Counted from the stretch's first letter, positions 34,484-45,704 are shown. The stretch is DNA of 64,000 nucleotides from Hyaloraphidium curvatum SAG 235-1 (GCA_025558095.1 JAIVFI010000016.1:62001-126000); one strand, 5' to 3'. The notes: generated from the letters alone by a model not told the origin. Program-made: numbers and translations.

Positions 34484-35345
34484 ATGCGCTCAATTGCAGC
34501 CTTTCTCCTGTGCCTCCTCGGCTTCACTGCTCCCACCTGGGCTTCGGCTTCAGCGCCCGACAAACGTGCCCGATCTGTCTCCGAGCGCGCCGTGGCGGAC
34601 GGCTGCCTGGCAGTTTCCGCGTGCTCCGCCGCCCTCAAGATCTTGGAGTCCTGCGCCGATTCGTTTGGAGGCTCCGCTGCCTGGGTGGACCGCTTCACTG
34701 CCACGTCCGTCAATGGCGGCTTGTTTGTTCCGCAAGACATATTGAGCTGCGTCTGCAAAGCCGTGGCGCTCTGGAAGCAATGCTGGGATGCTTGCCGTGA
34801 GTCCGGCACCATCGATCACTCAGACGCCTTCATCTTGGTGATGATCCATTTACGTCTCCCACACAGCCGATGCCGGAAGCACGTACTCCAGGACCCTCTT
34901 CGATGTCTGCCTTACCTCCGATGACCCCGATTCCGACGTTCCCCACCCGATCCCCACCGTCTCCCGGGGACCTTCGACGACCGGGCGGCCGACAACGAGA
35001 CCCACATCCACCGAGCACACCCAGCTACCCCGGCCGACGCAGACTTCCGTGCCGATCGATGGCCAAGTTTCCGAGTGCTCCGCGATCCCGCCGATCGGCA
35101 TCGCTGGCATCGCAATCTCCTCGGCTCTCTTCGGCGCCGTGTTCGGGGCCCTGGCGACCTTCTTTATTACGAAACCTGTCAATCCCGGGCCCAAGCCGAG
35201 CGTCGAAGATGCTCATGAACCGGTCCAGGTGCGCGCAGGCGAAACCAACGTCGCGTACGTGGGAGACCTTGAGGTGGGCTACACGGGCGAAGACGAGATA
35301 AAGCAGGCCGAGATCATCAAAGTGGATTCAGATGCATCTATGTAA
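34484..35345 (+). CDS. Type I membrane protein (signal peptide, Cys-rich helical ectodomain, Thr/Pro stalk, TM)
   Basis: MRSIAAFLLCLLGFTAPTWA; six or more Cys; intron ~34797-34867; TM IGIAGIAISSALFGAVFGALATFFI. Confidence 0.6.
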
Positions 35346-35415
35346 ATCTTAATCGGTTCGAAGATCATAAGTGGACCGGTTGCAAAAGGCGGAGGTAGCA
35401 GGGCCGCGACGGCGC

Positions 35416-35428
35416 CGGCCGCCGCCGC
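35416..35428. repeat. Target-site duplication (left copy; right copy at 42377-42389)
   Basis: CGGCCGCCGCCGC lies directly against both element ends. Confidence 0.75.
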
Positions 35429-35475
35429 GTGTGTAATGAGGAGCTAGCAATCCCACCGTACACTTAGCAATCCCC

Positions 35476-38400
35476 CTACGCCCCAAGAATCAGCTCCTCA
35501 TCTACATTCAAACCAAATGCGACCGGCGCGGGGGCCGGAGCGTTGACAGCGGCGGCTTCGGTGCACAGCTGAAGCCAGTGTTGGAGTTGGGCCGCGACGC
35601 CAAGAGCCCAGGCCACCGCGATCCGTTCGCGGAAGCGCCGCACAAAACGAGAGTAAAGGCCATCGAGGTCCACGGGCTGCCCATCGCGGCCGACGATCCC
35701 GGGATACTGGATGCGCCCCATCTCCGAGGAGAAGCGCGAGAAAGTGGCAGAGACAGCGCTGTACGAATCAAAAGCAAGCACGATCAGAGGGTAGAAGTTG
35801 GCGTTGAAGACGAAACGGGAGTAGTCCTTCCTGGCGGCCTCGACCCGCCGTTCGACTGCGTGGCCCGGGACCGAGAAGACCAGGCCCGTGTGCAAATGGG
35901 CCATAGAGGTGAGGGTCTTGATCTCGAGCAACCACCGTTTCCGGGTTTCGCGGTGCGTGATGAGAACGTCGCCAAGGCGGCCAGCATCCGCAGGCGTGGG
36001 CGGGGTGACAGTCTCGTAGCCATGCGCAAGGAGGTTTGGCGGCATGGGGTGCACGCGGAGGAGCGGGATGGAGCGAAGCGCCGCGCGGATGGCCGCGCAA
36101 ATGTCGTCGTGACCAGGACTGAAGAGATCCCGGCCATAGCAGCCCGAGAACGCGTGCTCCCCCGTCAGCGACATGGCCGATCGCTTGCAGCCCCGCCGGC
36201 AGGGCAAGGAAAGACCAGGGTAGTCGGCCTCGTGCAGGAGCGGGAGGCAAAGCCGGAAGCGTACAAGTAAGCGGAAAAAGTTGTTGCGAATGTGGTTGGC
36301 AAGCAGCGCGGGAGAGGCAGTCAGGAAAGCCGACAGGCCGTCCTGCGCCTGGACGAGCCGCTTGCGGCGCTCCAGACCAGCGGAAGTGGTGGGTTGCAAG
36401 GCAATCAGAGCCGCGAGGCGGCGCTGGTCCTCGAGACGCGTAAGGTCGCTCTGCAGGCCGTGCCAAACCGGCTGGGCGAAGAAACTGGCGTCCGCAGGGA
36501 GCGTACGGCGGGCGGGCGCGGCGCCCACCGGTTGCCCAGCACGCGCAGCCTCGGCGTACGCTGCGGCCGTGTCATCCTCGACACGCTCAAAGGCGGGGCG
36601 GAGGGCCTCGATGACGGGAACCAGTTCCCGCACGTGCTCCACGCCCACACCCCGGGCCGAGGTTCGAAGACCAAGCATGGCGTCCAAGGGGCCCGCCGTG
36701 AGGTTGAGTGAAGACAGGTAAGCCGCCGAGGCCACCTTCTCCGATGACAGAAGCCCCATCCCCGAGTAGTGCAGACCCAAGAATACCTGCTCCCGCACAG
36801 TCCGACCCTCCACCGACAGCGGATCCAGATCCTCGGCCCGATCTCCCAGCAAGCGCAAGAAGGTGGTGAAAAGCGCGTTGTCAAGACGTCGAGCAAAGGG
36901 TTGGGTAACCGAGGGGGGGAGAATGCGGAGCCAAAACGAGAAGAGCTGGGTCACACAGAGACGGAGGAGGGAGTACAGGCCCTGGAGGGAGGGGATGTCG
37001 GCCGGCATGGCGTAGCCGAGCGCAGCGCGCTCGATTTCATCGAGAAGAGCGGCAATGGAGTCGATCTTGGCCGCGAGGAACGACTCCACATAGGCAGGGG
37101 TGCCGACCGGGGCACCTACCACCTTGAGGCCGCACGAGCGAGCGAAGTCAGGCGAGCCCGGGGCCGACGCCGTGGCATGCACCTCGGGGTCGGCCTCGTG
37201 AGGCGGGAAGCCAGCGACGCGGATGTTGTGGGCCGCACCGGCCGCGCGCACCCGCTCCAGCACGGCCGGGTTCGTCGAGAGCGAAAGCAGGTAGCTCTTG
37301 TCCGGGCGGTGGGTCATGCCGAGGGAAGCAAGGCCGTCACGCACCTCTCCCAGGACGGCCATGACCGAGTCCAGCGGCCCGACCACGGTGAGGTCGTCGA
37401 GGTACCCAAGGATGAGGCAGTCGGGGTGCCCAGAGCGGATGGGCCGCAGCATGCGGCTCATGGCGCAGGAGAAGATGGCAGACGACAGCGGGTCGCCCTG
37501 GATGTTGCCCTCGTACATGGTGATCCGGAAAAGGAGCTCCGCCGAGCGCCGGTCGCGGAAGTAGGCGTGGGAAGGGCGCGAGTAAACGAGGTTGTAGTAC
37601 GGGATAAGCTGAGGCACCTGGCGGACCACCTCGCGCGCGAAGAGGCGGCGCAGCGTATTGAAGGCGTTCCTAGAGTCGACCTTCATGACGACGTGGTCGG
37701 GGAAGGCCGCCAGCCACGCGTTCACCGCGTGGGCAGTCGCCTCCGCGCCCCCGTCCACCCCGTGACCCAGGTCCTCCTGCTGTTGGAGCTTCCTCAGAAG
37801 AGCCTTGTGCCGCACGGCCAGGTACGAGCCCGCGAGCCGCGTGATGCCCTCCATAATGCCAATCGGCCGGAGCCCCCCCTCCGGCTTGAGCAGAGGGACG
37901 AGGATTTGATCCGTGAGGAGCGGCCGGAGCATGGGGGTGTCGAGTCGGCCAGTGCACACGCCGTGCACCATGGCCGCCAGCGGGCGGAGCTTCCGTCGCG
38001 TCGCGTCGTTCTCGCAGTTGTGCACGATGAAAAGTTTGGCCATGCTGAAACCCGACATGCCGGCCCCCACGCCGTCCTTCTTCCGGCGCAACCGGGCCCA
38101 GATGTCCTCCAGGAAAGCCGCGTCCGTGTAGGCAGGGCAGGGCGCGGGCGCGTTGGGGGGCAGAGACAGCCGACACAGCGGCTCTCCCTCCCGCGGCCCC
38201 GGGTACAGCTCCTCCAGTTCCGCCTGCAGCGTGGGCGTGAAGCCAGCCGGAACGGCCTCCCCCGAGAGCGCCGCGGACGCAGCACCAGGAGCGCCCTTCA
38301 AGGCGGCAAGCACGATGGCCTTGAAGAGCTGGTAGTTGAGCGGCCGCAGCCCGTCCCGCCGCGCGCCCCGGTTGACCTGACGGGCGGCGAAGTAGTTCTG

Positions 38401-39387
38401 CTCGTACATGTAGTCCCCCGACATGACGTAGCCGCCAAACGCAAGGTAGGCGGTGAGAGTGCGGTGCAGGTCGGTTTCCGGTGCCGCCGGGTCCTCGTAG
38501 GCCCGTTGGAAAGACTCGCTGGCCCGGAAGGCGAGCGTGCTCCAGGTGGTGGTCCGGTAGCGGTGCTTCAGCGGCTCCGGCGGCGGCGCCCCCGCGCCCC
38601 CGCCCGGCGGCGGATCAGGCCCGGGACCCCCGGGTGGACCACCGTCGCCTGGGTCGCCCGGATCACCGCCGTTGCCGTGCCCGCCAGCCGCGGCGTTGCC
38701 GCCCGGCGCGCCGTCGCCGCCTGGGGGATCACCGCCGTCCGGGGCGGCACGCGCCGCCGCCGCCGCCGCCGCCAGCGCCGCCCGTTGCGCCTGGACGTCC
38801 TGCGGGGCGTCGGCCGCAACCCGGGCGGCCGCAAGGGCCGCCATCGGCGCGGGCGCGGGTGGCGAAGCACGGGGAGATGCCGACGATGCCGCCGGTGACG
38901 CCGGTCCCTCCGCGCGTCCCGTGGCAGCCGCCCGCTCGGCACGCACGCGGTCGAGGAACTCGACGAGATCGGGTGGAAGCGAAGCTAAAGAGACGCCGAG
39001 TGGCGGGTTAGCTGCGTCCGGGTTGCACGAGGTGTGCTGTCCAGAAACACCGGCACCAGAGGCGTTTGCGGCGTAGGGACGCCGGCAACCCCCGCACCGC
39101 GCGAGCCCCATGGCGCGCAACGCATCGGCAGACAGGCGCTGCATCGCCAACCAGTGCTCCGGGCTCCGTGTGACCCGAAGATGACCGTCCCGTTTGTTTT
39201 TGTTTGGAGTTGGCTGGAAGCGGCAACCATCAACCGGGCACGCATGGAGGCCGGGTTCAGCAGGCGCCTCCGCCATCGGCACATCGCCGTCGATGCAAGA
39301 TTGGTGATGAAGAGATAGAGCTCCGATGTTGGCGAAAGCTGCCGCGCAGCGGTGGCAGCTGTAAGGCAGGAGCGGCGTGCGGCTCAT
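35476..39387 (-). CDS. Retrotransposon ORF3: N-terminal zinc fingers, reverse transcriptase, CCHC knuckle, RLE nuclease (1303 aa)
   Basis: Zinc fingers CHRC..HHQSC and CPVDGC..H..H. RT motifs PLLKPEGGLRPIG, KVDSRNAFN, QGDPLS, YLDD (37393-37404), GAPVG. C-terminal CRRGC..HAFSGC, GHDDI, RLGDVLI..LEIKT (PD-(D/E)xK). Confidence 0.95.
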   Translation of the reverse strand: MSRTPLLPYSCHRCAAAFANIGALSLHHQSCIDGDVPMAEAPAEPGLHACPVDGCRFQPTPNKNKRDGHLRVTRSPEHWLAMQRLSADALRAMGLARCGGCRRPYAANASGAGVSGQHTSCNPDAANPPLGVSLASLPPDLVEFLDRVRAERAAATGRAEGPASPAASSASPRASPPAPAPMAALAAARVAADAPQDVQAQRAALAAAAAAARAAPDGGDPPGGDGAPGGNAAAGGHGNGGDPGDPGDGGPPGGPGPDPPPGGGAGAPPPEPLKHRYRTTTWSTLAFRASESFQRAYEDPAAPETDLHRTLTAYLAFGGYVMSGDYMYEQNYFAARQVNRGARRDGLRPLNYQLFKAIVLAALKGAPGAASAALSGEAVPAGFTPTLQAELEELYPGPREGEPLCRLSLPPNAPAPCPAYTDAAFLEDIWARLRRKKDGVGAGMSGFSMAKLFIVHNCENDATRRKLRPLAAMVHGVCTGRLDTPMLRPLLTDQILVPLLKPEGGLRPIGIMEGITRLAGSYLAVRHKALLRKLQQQEDLGHGVDGGAEATAHAVNAWLAAFPDHVVMKVDSRNAFNTLRRLFAREVVRQVPQLIPYYNLVYSRPSHAYFRDRRSAELLFRITMYEGNIQGDPLSSAIFSCAMSRMLRPIRSGHPDCLILGYLDDLTVVGPLDSVMAVLGEVRDGLASLGMTHRPDKSYLLSLSTNPAVLERVRAAGAAHNIRVAGFPPHEADPEVHATASAPGSPDFARSCGLKVVGAPVGTPAYVESFLAAKIDSIAALLDEIERAALGYAMPADIPSLQGLYSLLRLCVTQLFSFWLRILPPSVTQPFARRLDNALFTTFLRLLGDRAEDLDPLSVEGRTVREQVFLGLHYSGMGLLSSEKVASAAYLSSLNLTAGPLDAMLGLRTSARGVGVEHVRELVPVIEALRPAFERVEDDTAAAYAEAARAGQPVGAAPARRTLPADASFFAQPVWHGLQSDLTRLEDQRRLAALIALQPTTSAGLERRKRLVQAQDGLSAFLTASPALLANHIRNNFFRLLVRFRLCLPLLHEADYPGLSLPCRRGCKRSAMSLTGEHAFSGCYGRDLFSPGHDDICAAIRAALRSIPLLRVHPMPPNLLAHGYETVTPPTPADAGRLGDVLITHRETRKRWLLEIKTLTSMAHLHTGLVFSVPGHAVERRVEAARKDYSRFVFNANFYPLIVLAFDSYSAVSATFSRFSSEMGRIQYPGIVGRDGQPVDLDGLYSRFVRRFRERIAVAWALGVAAQLQHWLQLCTEAAAVNAPAPAPVAFGLNVDEELILGA

Positions 39388-40235
39388 GGCGAATACGGTG
39401 GCGGCGGTGATGCCGGTGTCCCGCCGCCAGGATCAGCTACCGCGGACGGTGCTTTGTCCGACGAGATATCCCAATCGTCGAGCGCATGTGTCCGCATCCA
39501 AACCTCCTGTGACTCGGTCAGGTCGCCCCCCGCCCTGTGCCAGGCCGCAAGCGCCGACCACGCGTCACCGATAGCATCACGGCCGCCGTCATCGAGGAGC
39601 TCGGAACCTGGCCATTCGAGGTGCGCCGGCGAACCGGGCTCCGTGTGAGCATACCAAGGAGGCAAGGTGCGCGTCGGAGTGGATACTTCCGAGGAGCTCT
39701 GCCCCCCCCCGGCCGTTGGTGCCGGCGGCGTGCCGGGGGTTGTGCGGGGCGGCGCAGGCGGCAGCTGCAAGCTCGGCACGGCGGTTGCAGCTGGGGTTTC
39801 CCACGGAGGATGGCCTGGGTGCGCCGGGAGCATGGAAGCGGCCGAAGCCGGGGCATCAGCGATCAAGATCGGCGATGACGAGGAGGGAGATACTTCCGAG
39901 CGTGCCGCCCCTTTCCCCCCCGCTGGTGCCGGCAAGCGGGAGGAGCCGCGGGGCGGCGTGGGCAGAGTGTGACCCTCGGCCAAGCTAGGCACGGCATTTG
40001 GCCGAGGGGCCCCGGGGGACGCGGGGTCAATGTCGGAAGTCTCCCCTGCTGCCGCGAACGGCCTCGGAACTCGGTGAGACGTTGTAGATAGTGGTAGTTG
40101 GCGTACCGGTGAAGACTGCAAAACAGCAAAAGATGGAGGGGCTGACCGCGCCCGGGAGGTATCCGGACGAGCTCGGCGCCGAGAAGAGCAGCCCACTACT
40201 CGGCGTTGCCACTTGCTTGGTGGTGTTTTAGGCAT
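39384..40235 (-). CDS. Retrotransposon ORF2, Pro/Ser/Ala-rich, unknown function (283 aa)
   Basis: Its ATG overlaps the ORF1 stop (ATGCCTAA) and its stop overlaps the ORF3 start (ATGA). Trp-rich C-terminal patch WSALAAWHR..VWMRTHALDDWD. Confidence 0.5.
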   Translation of the reverse strand: MPKTPPSKWQRRVVGCSSRRRARPDTSRARSAPPSFAVLQSSPVRQLPLSTTSHRVPRPFAAAGETSDIDPASPGAPRPNAVPSLAEGHTLPTPPRGSSRLPAPAGGKGAARSEVSPSSSSPILIADAPASAASMLPAHPGHPPWETPAATAVPSLQLPPAPPRTTPGTPPAPTAGGGQSSSEVSTPTRTLPPWYAHTEPGSPAHLEWPGSELLDDGGRDAIGDAWSALAAWHRAGGDLTESQEVWMRTHALDDWDISSDKAPSAVADPGGGTPASPPPPYSP

Positions 40236-42366
40236 TCAAGGACGGTGAGCCAGGAGCCGGCAGCAGGGATCCGGTTGACATGGAGGTGGCCTTGGCCTGG
40301 GGGGAGCCGGGCTTGCGAGCGGCCGCCTTGGCCTTCCGTTCCGCTTTGGCGGATTTGACGTCGATTTGCTGATACGGCTTGGCAACCTTGTCCGGGTTTG
40401 TCCCTGCCACATCCTCCACGGGACGGCCCTTGCCTGCGTGCTTGGGGCCTGGGGCCATCGTAGGATCACCAACCGCGGATGCCCCAGCGGCCTCATCGGC
40501 CGTGTGCATGTCTTCGCTTGGTGCCTCCGAGTTCGAACCATCGCCCTCAGCAGAGGCTTCGGAGGCAGCGTCGTTTCCACCCGAGGCCTCAGAGCCGGTG
40601 GCATCCTCCTCCATCGCAGATTCCGTGCCCTCCATTGCGGGAGCAGCAAGCTCCAGATCCTCCAGCGCGGTATTGGCTGCAACCTGCTGTGCAGCACTGC
40701 TGATGGCGTTCTCAGCGGCCAGCTGGTCGGCACCACCCATGTCCTCGTCCCCATCCTTGTCAGCCGGCTCCAAAATGGGAAGACCATGGAAATCCATCTT
40801 TTCGGCGGCGTCAGACTCCCCCCAATCGACCGAAGCACCGGCACTACCACCACCAAGTGCCGAAAACCGGTTGTGGGACGCCTTGGCCACTGGCTGGGCA
40901 AGAGCTGGGGGCGCAGAGCCTGCGCGCTTGCCGGACGGCCCAGCTGTAAGCCACTCGTCGGCCGCAGGGGCGGTGGGGGAAGCCAGATGCGGAGGAACGA
41001 CCTCTTCCCTCAGGGGGGGCAGCCGTGGGGTCGTGGCGGGCTCCACCGTTGGGGGAGAGAGCCGTACGTTGGCCGGGTTGTGAATGCAGTCCGCCTCGTG
41101 TGCACGGCGTGCTTGCGGGCTGGCAAAGGCGCCGGGATTCATGCGGTTGAGACCGTCTGGGCAGTAAGCACAGTTGGTGCACGTGGCATCGTCACCGACG
41201 TGGCCGCCCGTGCGCTTGCAGTGGCCGCACTGTCCGTTGCTACTGTCATAGCGGACAGCTGGGCGAAGGAGCTTGTGCTGGAGGAGCGTCCCCCACGAGT
41301 CAAGGAAGCAGTACGAGGGTGGGCCAATGCGTGCTGCGCGGTCAAAGAAGGCATCAACCCCGCACTGCGAGACATCGAAAGTGACCCGCCAGAAGGCGTT
41401 GCTGTCGGTGCCCGAGATGGGAGCCGCTTCAATGACTTGGCAAGGGGCCCCATAGTGGTTCTGGAAAGTCGCGTAGAGGCGGGCCCACCAGTCCGGGCAC
41501 TCGTGCACCGAACCAGGGACGATCATGGGCCCGATCTTGAGCTCGGCGTGCGTGTCCTTGAAGACAGGGTGGATGCGCAGCCGACGCGTCGGTCCGTTTG
41601 GGAACTTGACCTCCAGCACCCCCTGCTCCACCAAGGCGTTGATAGCGTCTGCCCCGTCGACAGCACCAACAACACAGAAGAGGTCCAGTCGCGAGTAACG
41701 CGGGTTGTAGCCTCGCGTCTCGGTCGTGAAGACGGTGGTGGGGAAGGTCGCCTTCGCCACGGCTTCGGCGACGACGCGCCGTCGGTCCTTTGGCACACCG
41801 TTGAGGTCGATGAGGCAGTGGGGGACAGGCCCAATGAAGGCCGGCGTGTAGCCCCGACCGTTGGCGTGCGGTTGCACCCGATCGATGAGCTTGGCGTAGT
41901 TGGTGGGCGCCGAGAAAGGCATGGCAGAAGCCAGATGCTCCGCCATCGCGCCGTCCGTGACACGAACAATCGGGCGGTCGGGCGAGGTGCGCGACGTTGC
42001 TGCGGCGAAAGAGCGAGACCCCAGGCGCGTGGCGGGGGCGGTTGCTTTCGGGAGACGATTGTGCTGAGCCGGCTCCTCCCGGGCGCCGCCGTTGGCGGAC
42101 GCGGGGCGGATTTCAGTGGTCGATTCAGCAGCGTCCTCCTTAGAACCTGTCAGCTGAGCCGTAGCACCAGCGGGGGCCGGCGCGGGCTCCTCTGCCGCGC
42201 CAGGGAGGCGAGGAGAGGCAGCGACGCCGGGAGCGTGGGAAGAGTGGACGGGATTCGCAAGCGCCTCCGAGGAGGCCGCGGCGAGCGCAGGGGAGACCTT
42301 GCCATCAGGCAGGACCACGGGAGCGGCCGCATCATTGGGCCCCTGCCCTGTGTCAGGGGGGTCCAT
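40228..42366 (-). CDS. Retrotransposon ORF1, gag-like nucleic-acid-binding protein (712 aa)
   Basis: Disordered ends around a globular core, followed by CGHCKRTGGHVGDDATC knuckle and CAYC..HEADCIHNP finger. Lies inside the TSD-bounded element. Confidence 0.75.
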   Translation of the reverse strand: MDPPDTGQGPNDAAAPVVLPDGKVSPALAAASSEALANPVHSSHAPGVAASPRLPGAAEEPAPAPAGATAQLTGSKEDAAESTTEIRPASANGGAREEPAQHNRLPKATAPATRLGSRSFAAATSRTSPDRPIVRVTDGAMAEHLASAMPFSAPTNYAKLIDRVQPHANGRGYTPAFIGPVPHCLIDLNGVPKDRRRVVAEAVAKATFPTTVFTTETRGYNPRYSRLDLFCVVGAVDGADAINALVEQGVLEVKFPNGPTRRLRIHPVFKDTHAELKIGPMIVPGSVHECPDWWARLYATFQNHYGAPCQVIEAAPISGTDSNAFWRVTFDVSQCGVDAFFDRAARIGPPSYCFLDSWGTLLQHKLLRPAVRYDSSNGQCGHCKRTGGHVGDDATCTNCAYCPDGLNRMNPGAFASPQARRAHEADCIHNPANVRLSPPTVEPATTPRLPPLREEVVPPHLASPTAPAADEWLTAGPSGKRAGSAPPALAQPVAKASHNRFSALGGGSAGASVDWGESDAAEKMDFHGLPILEPADKDGDEDMGGADQLAAENAISSAAQQVAANTALEDLELAAPAMEGTESAMEEDATGSEASGGNDAASEASAEGDGSNSEAPSEDMHTADEAAGASAVGDPTMAPGPKHAGKGRPVEDVAGTNPDKVAKPYQQIDVKSAKAERKAKAAARKPGSPQAKATSMSTGSLLPAPGSPSLNA

Positions 42367-42450
42367 ACTCTCGGAGCGGCCGCCGCCGCCGGCCGCTTCT
42401 CAGAAACGCGGGAGACTTTTCCCGAAACACACGAGGCGACACCGTTGGGG

Positions 42451-43670
42451 ATGGCTGGCCCTCCCTCTTCCTCGGATCATGTCTTCGGCATCGAGGGCGC
42501 CGGGCACCGTGGGTCTTGCCGGGATCCGGGCGCGATTCGGCGCGTCAACGATCTCTCCGAGCAGCCTACGCCGTTCGTGATTCCCTCCCCTTCTCCGCCG
42601 AACGCGAGCTCGTATTCTTCTTCCTCGACGTGAACTCCACCCACGACCTCTTTGCCGGCCTGGTCAACCGCGCCTTCGAGCTGCAGAACCCTGTGTTTAC
42701 GCTTGCGGACGGGAGGCAATCCACTGCCGCGCCCGCGCTGAACAGGGATGGCCGGAGCGGGGCCCCCATGTTCGTCGGGAGGGACGTGAAGGTACAGCTG
42801 CACCCCGACGTCGTCGCCGCCGGAGGCGACCGAATGGTCCCCGGGAACGGGGACCGGGTCTGGGGGCGTGCGTACATGGTGGAAGCCAGCGCCGAGCGAC
42901 CCTATTTCCGCACCGAGTTTGAGCTGAGGATCATCGCCCGTTGGGATCCCGAGACGCGCCGGGAGATCGACCTCACCGATGGCAGGTCGACTTGGGGCTC
43001 TGGACGGGAACGGAGACCAGGGCTTCCGTTCGCTGCTGGCTGGGTCGGCAACGTGGGTTCTACGGTCTAGCTCGAGGGCCGGATATCTGACAAATTTGCT
43101 CAGATGATCGTCACCCGCGACCGTTCCACCGGACGCTTTCGAGTTGCCCCTCGGGACATGCTCCCCGCCGCCAACTGGGCCTCCCGCGGAGCGATCCACA
43201 AATCCATCATTGCCGACGACCCCGCCTACTCGTGGGTCTCCCGTTCCGATGGGTTCGTCGAGGCGGACGTCGCCGCGGCCGAACCGTGGACGGCCTTGCC
43301 GAGCTTCAAATGGGAGACGCGCCGCGTGGACAACGACAGCTTGGGCCACACGACGGCGTCGCGGTACGCTCTTTCCCTCCTTGTCGCAAAAGACCCTCGC
43401 TGATTCTTGATGTCGATCAGGCGCGTGCTTCCATTCTTCGAGGCTTCCTACAGGAATCTACCCGACCACCGCATTGCCGGCATTTTCGTCGAGTATCGGA
43501 CCGAGCTCCTGCCCCACAAGGCATGCACCGTGATCGGCGTCCGGTCGGGAGATACGGTCAGGTACCTCTTGGATGATGGGGCCGGCCCCGGGCGCCTGAA
43601 CCGGGCTGCGGTCTGGATCGTGGACAAGGCGCAGATGAGGCTCAAGGTTGCAGGCGGGGGACCTGCATAG
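42451..43670 (+). CDS. Hypothetical protein, four exons
   Basis: ATG 42451 plus intron 42509-42564 joins in-frame to ORF 42516-43070. Further GT-AG introns link it to ORFs 43104-43403 and 43407-43670. Confidence 0.55.
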
Positions 43671-43832
43671 ATCTCTGTAGACTATCTCTCTAGTGTCTAG
43701 ACATGAACTAGATGAAGAGACAGGTAGACAGGTACGGCCGATCGCGAGATTTGGCGACGCACCGTCCCCCGCACAGCAAACACGAGCCTCGCTCGCAGAT
43801 ATCAGACCAGTAGCACCGCCAACGCCGGCAAT

Positions 43833-45000
43833 ATGTCGTCATCTGAGCCGGAGCCGACCGTTCCTGAGTGCTGCCGGACCGGCTACGCGTGGCAGGGCGC
43901 GCCGACGGGCTCTGTCGGGAAGGTCGCCGGACTGGACTGCTGTGCGTTTTCGCGTCTCGGAGGCCGCGGCGGGCGTTGACGGGCCCTTTCTCCCTCTCTT
44001 GGAACGCATCGTGTTTCTTTACTTGCCTGGGATTTGTGCCGACGTATTCCGTCGTCGGTCCTATCTCCTGCTCGCGTTCGTGACCTGGAATCCGTGCCGA
44101 CGTATGCCGTCGCCGCACAGACATGGCCAAAGCCGGGGAGAGCAAGGCGGACAAGGCCATCGTCATAGTGCACGACATCTTTGGGTGGACGTTTCCGAAC
44201 GCGCGGCTCATCGCCGACGCGATTGCAAAGGAAGGCTACGACGTCTACCTCCCCGATTTCTTCAACGGGACGGTCGTGGACCCCGTGGGTTGCTCCGTCG
44301 TGAGCCAAAATGCCGCACTGAACGCTCGTTGGCTTCCAGGACGCGCTCTCGGCGATCGACGGCAAATTCGAGGTGAAAGCCAAATGCCGCCGACGTGCGT
44401 CATTCTCTCACCGCGCTCGCTTCCAGGGCATTTGGACCTCCGTGACCCGCGGCGTCAAACTGATGCTCAACGCCCCCAAGGCTATCTACGCCATCGCGGG
44501 CCACGGCAAGTCTGCCGCCGTCGGACTGGACCAGGTCCTCGACGAGCTGCGCGGCAAGTACAGCAAGATCGGGGCGGCTGGCTACTGCTTCGGCGGGCGG
44601 CAGCTCATCATGCTGGCCCAGCGGGACACGGCGGGGTCCAAGTGCGACGCTTACATGGTCGCACACCCCGGGGAGGTCATCAAGGTGCCCCAGGACCTGC
44701 AATTTCCGAAGCCGGTGCTCTATGGTTCGTTGAAGGTCGTTCCGTTCGCCTGCACAACCCCTGACCTCCGACTTGATCGCAGTGCTCGCCGAGAAGGAGT
44801 TCTTCTCGCCCTACGACCCAAAGCAGATAGCTTCTGTCCTCGAAGGCTACAACAAGGACGGCAAGGTCGCCCTTTCCCGGTACTGGCCCGGGACCAACCA
44901 CGGGTTCGCGACGCGGGTGAACGAGGCTATTCCGGAGCTGAAGCAGGCCAGGGACGAGGCGCTGGAGGCCACGATCGGGTTCTTCAAATCGAACCTGTAG
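43833..45000 (+). CDS. Dienelactone hydrolase family alpha/beta hydrolase
   Basis: ECCRTG..G.PTG, IVHDIFGW..NARLIAD..VYLPDFFNG, nucleophile GYCFGG, AHP, HGFATR. Several introns. Confidence 0.9.
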
Positions 45001-45096
45001 GCCCATTGTTAGACTTGCTGTATTTTTGTGTCTTTTCGAACATGTCTAATGCCCACCCTTGCGTTGCTATGTACAGATCGGCGCATCCGATTGCCG

Positions 45097-45704
45097 TCAC
45101 GGCCTCTCGAAGCTCGCCTCGATGTGCTTCATGGCGACCTGCTGCAGCTGCCTCATCCCGTCCTCGTGCCGTATACTCGTCAGCATCCGGTCCAGCTCCA
45201 CCAGCGATCTGTCCTTTTCTGCGGGCACCCTCCTTCAGCTCTTCTCCCAAAGAGGAGTAGCAGGAAGTGCTCGAACCCACCGCTCGCCGTCAGCAGCGCC
45301 CTCTTCACCTCCTCGCCGACCACCGCGACCTCGACCTCGGCCCCGGGCGCGTGCTCCACCTCCCTCTCCGGCAACCCCAGCACTGAACGCATGAGCTCCC
45401 CCCTCGCCCGGGAATACCGCTCGAACGCGGCGTCCATCTCCGCCGCGCGGCGCTTGTACACCTTGGACACCTTGCGGGACGTCAGCCCCTCGCCCGAATC
45501 TCCCGCCCACGAGGTACCAACCGCCGCGTAAAACACCGCCGCCGGCACGCTCCCCTTTGTCGCCTTTTGCACTGGCGCCGGCGCCGCCGCCGGTGCCTGC
45601 TTTGGCGTCGTCCCCGGCTCCTGCTTCACCTTGACCGCTGAGTCATCCTCGAAGGGGTCGGCGTCGGCGTCGGCGGCGCGTTTCCGGCGCGGGGGGCGGG
45701 ACAT
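45097..45704 (-). CDS. Small hypothetical, probably nuclear, coiled-coil protein
   Basis: MSRPPRRKR NLS-like start and VKVKQEP SUMO-site consensus. One intron (~45219-45280) leads to EKDRSLVELDRML..FERP*. Confidence 0.55.

Larger units (their letters stand above)
35429..42376 (-). mobile_element. Near full-length non-LTR retrotransposon, CRE-like clade (RT + restriction-like endonuclease), three ORFs
   Basis: Bounded by identical 13-bp CGGCCGCCGCCGC at 35416-35428 and 42377-42389 (TSD). Intronless ORFs. A second, nearly identical 3' copy lies at 58355-59332. Confidence 0.92.

Noticed and set aside
42377-42516. Retrotransposon interrupting the coding exon of the downstream gene
   Set aside because: The frame is open back to the TSD, but the reconstructed empty site has an in-frame TAG (35396-35398) and no ATG. 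ATG 42451 with intron 42509-42564 explains the gene.
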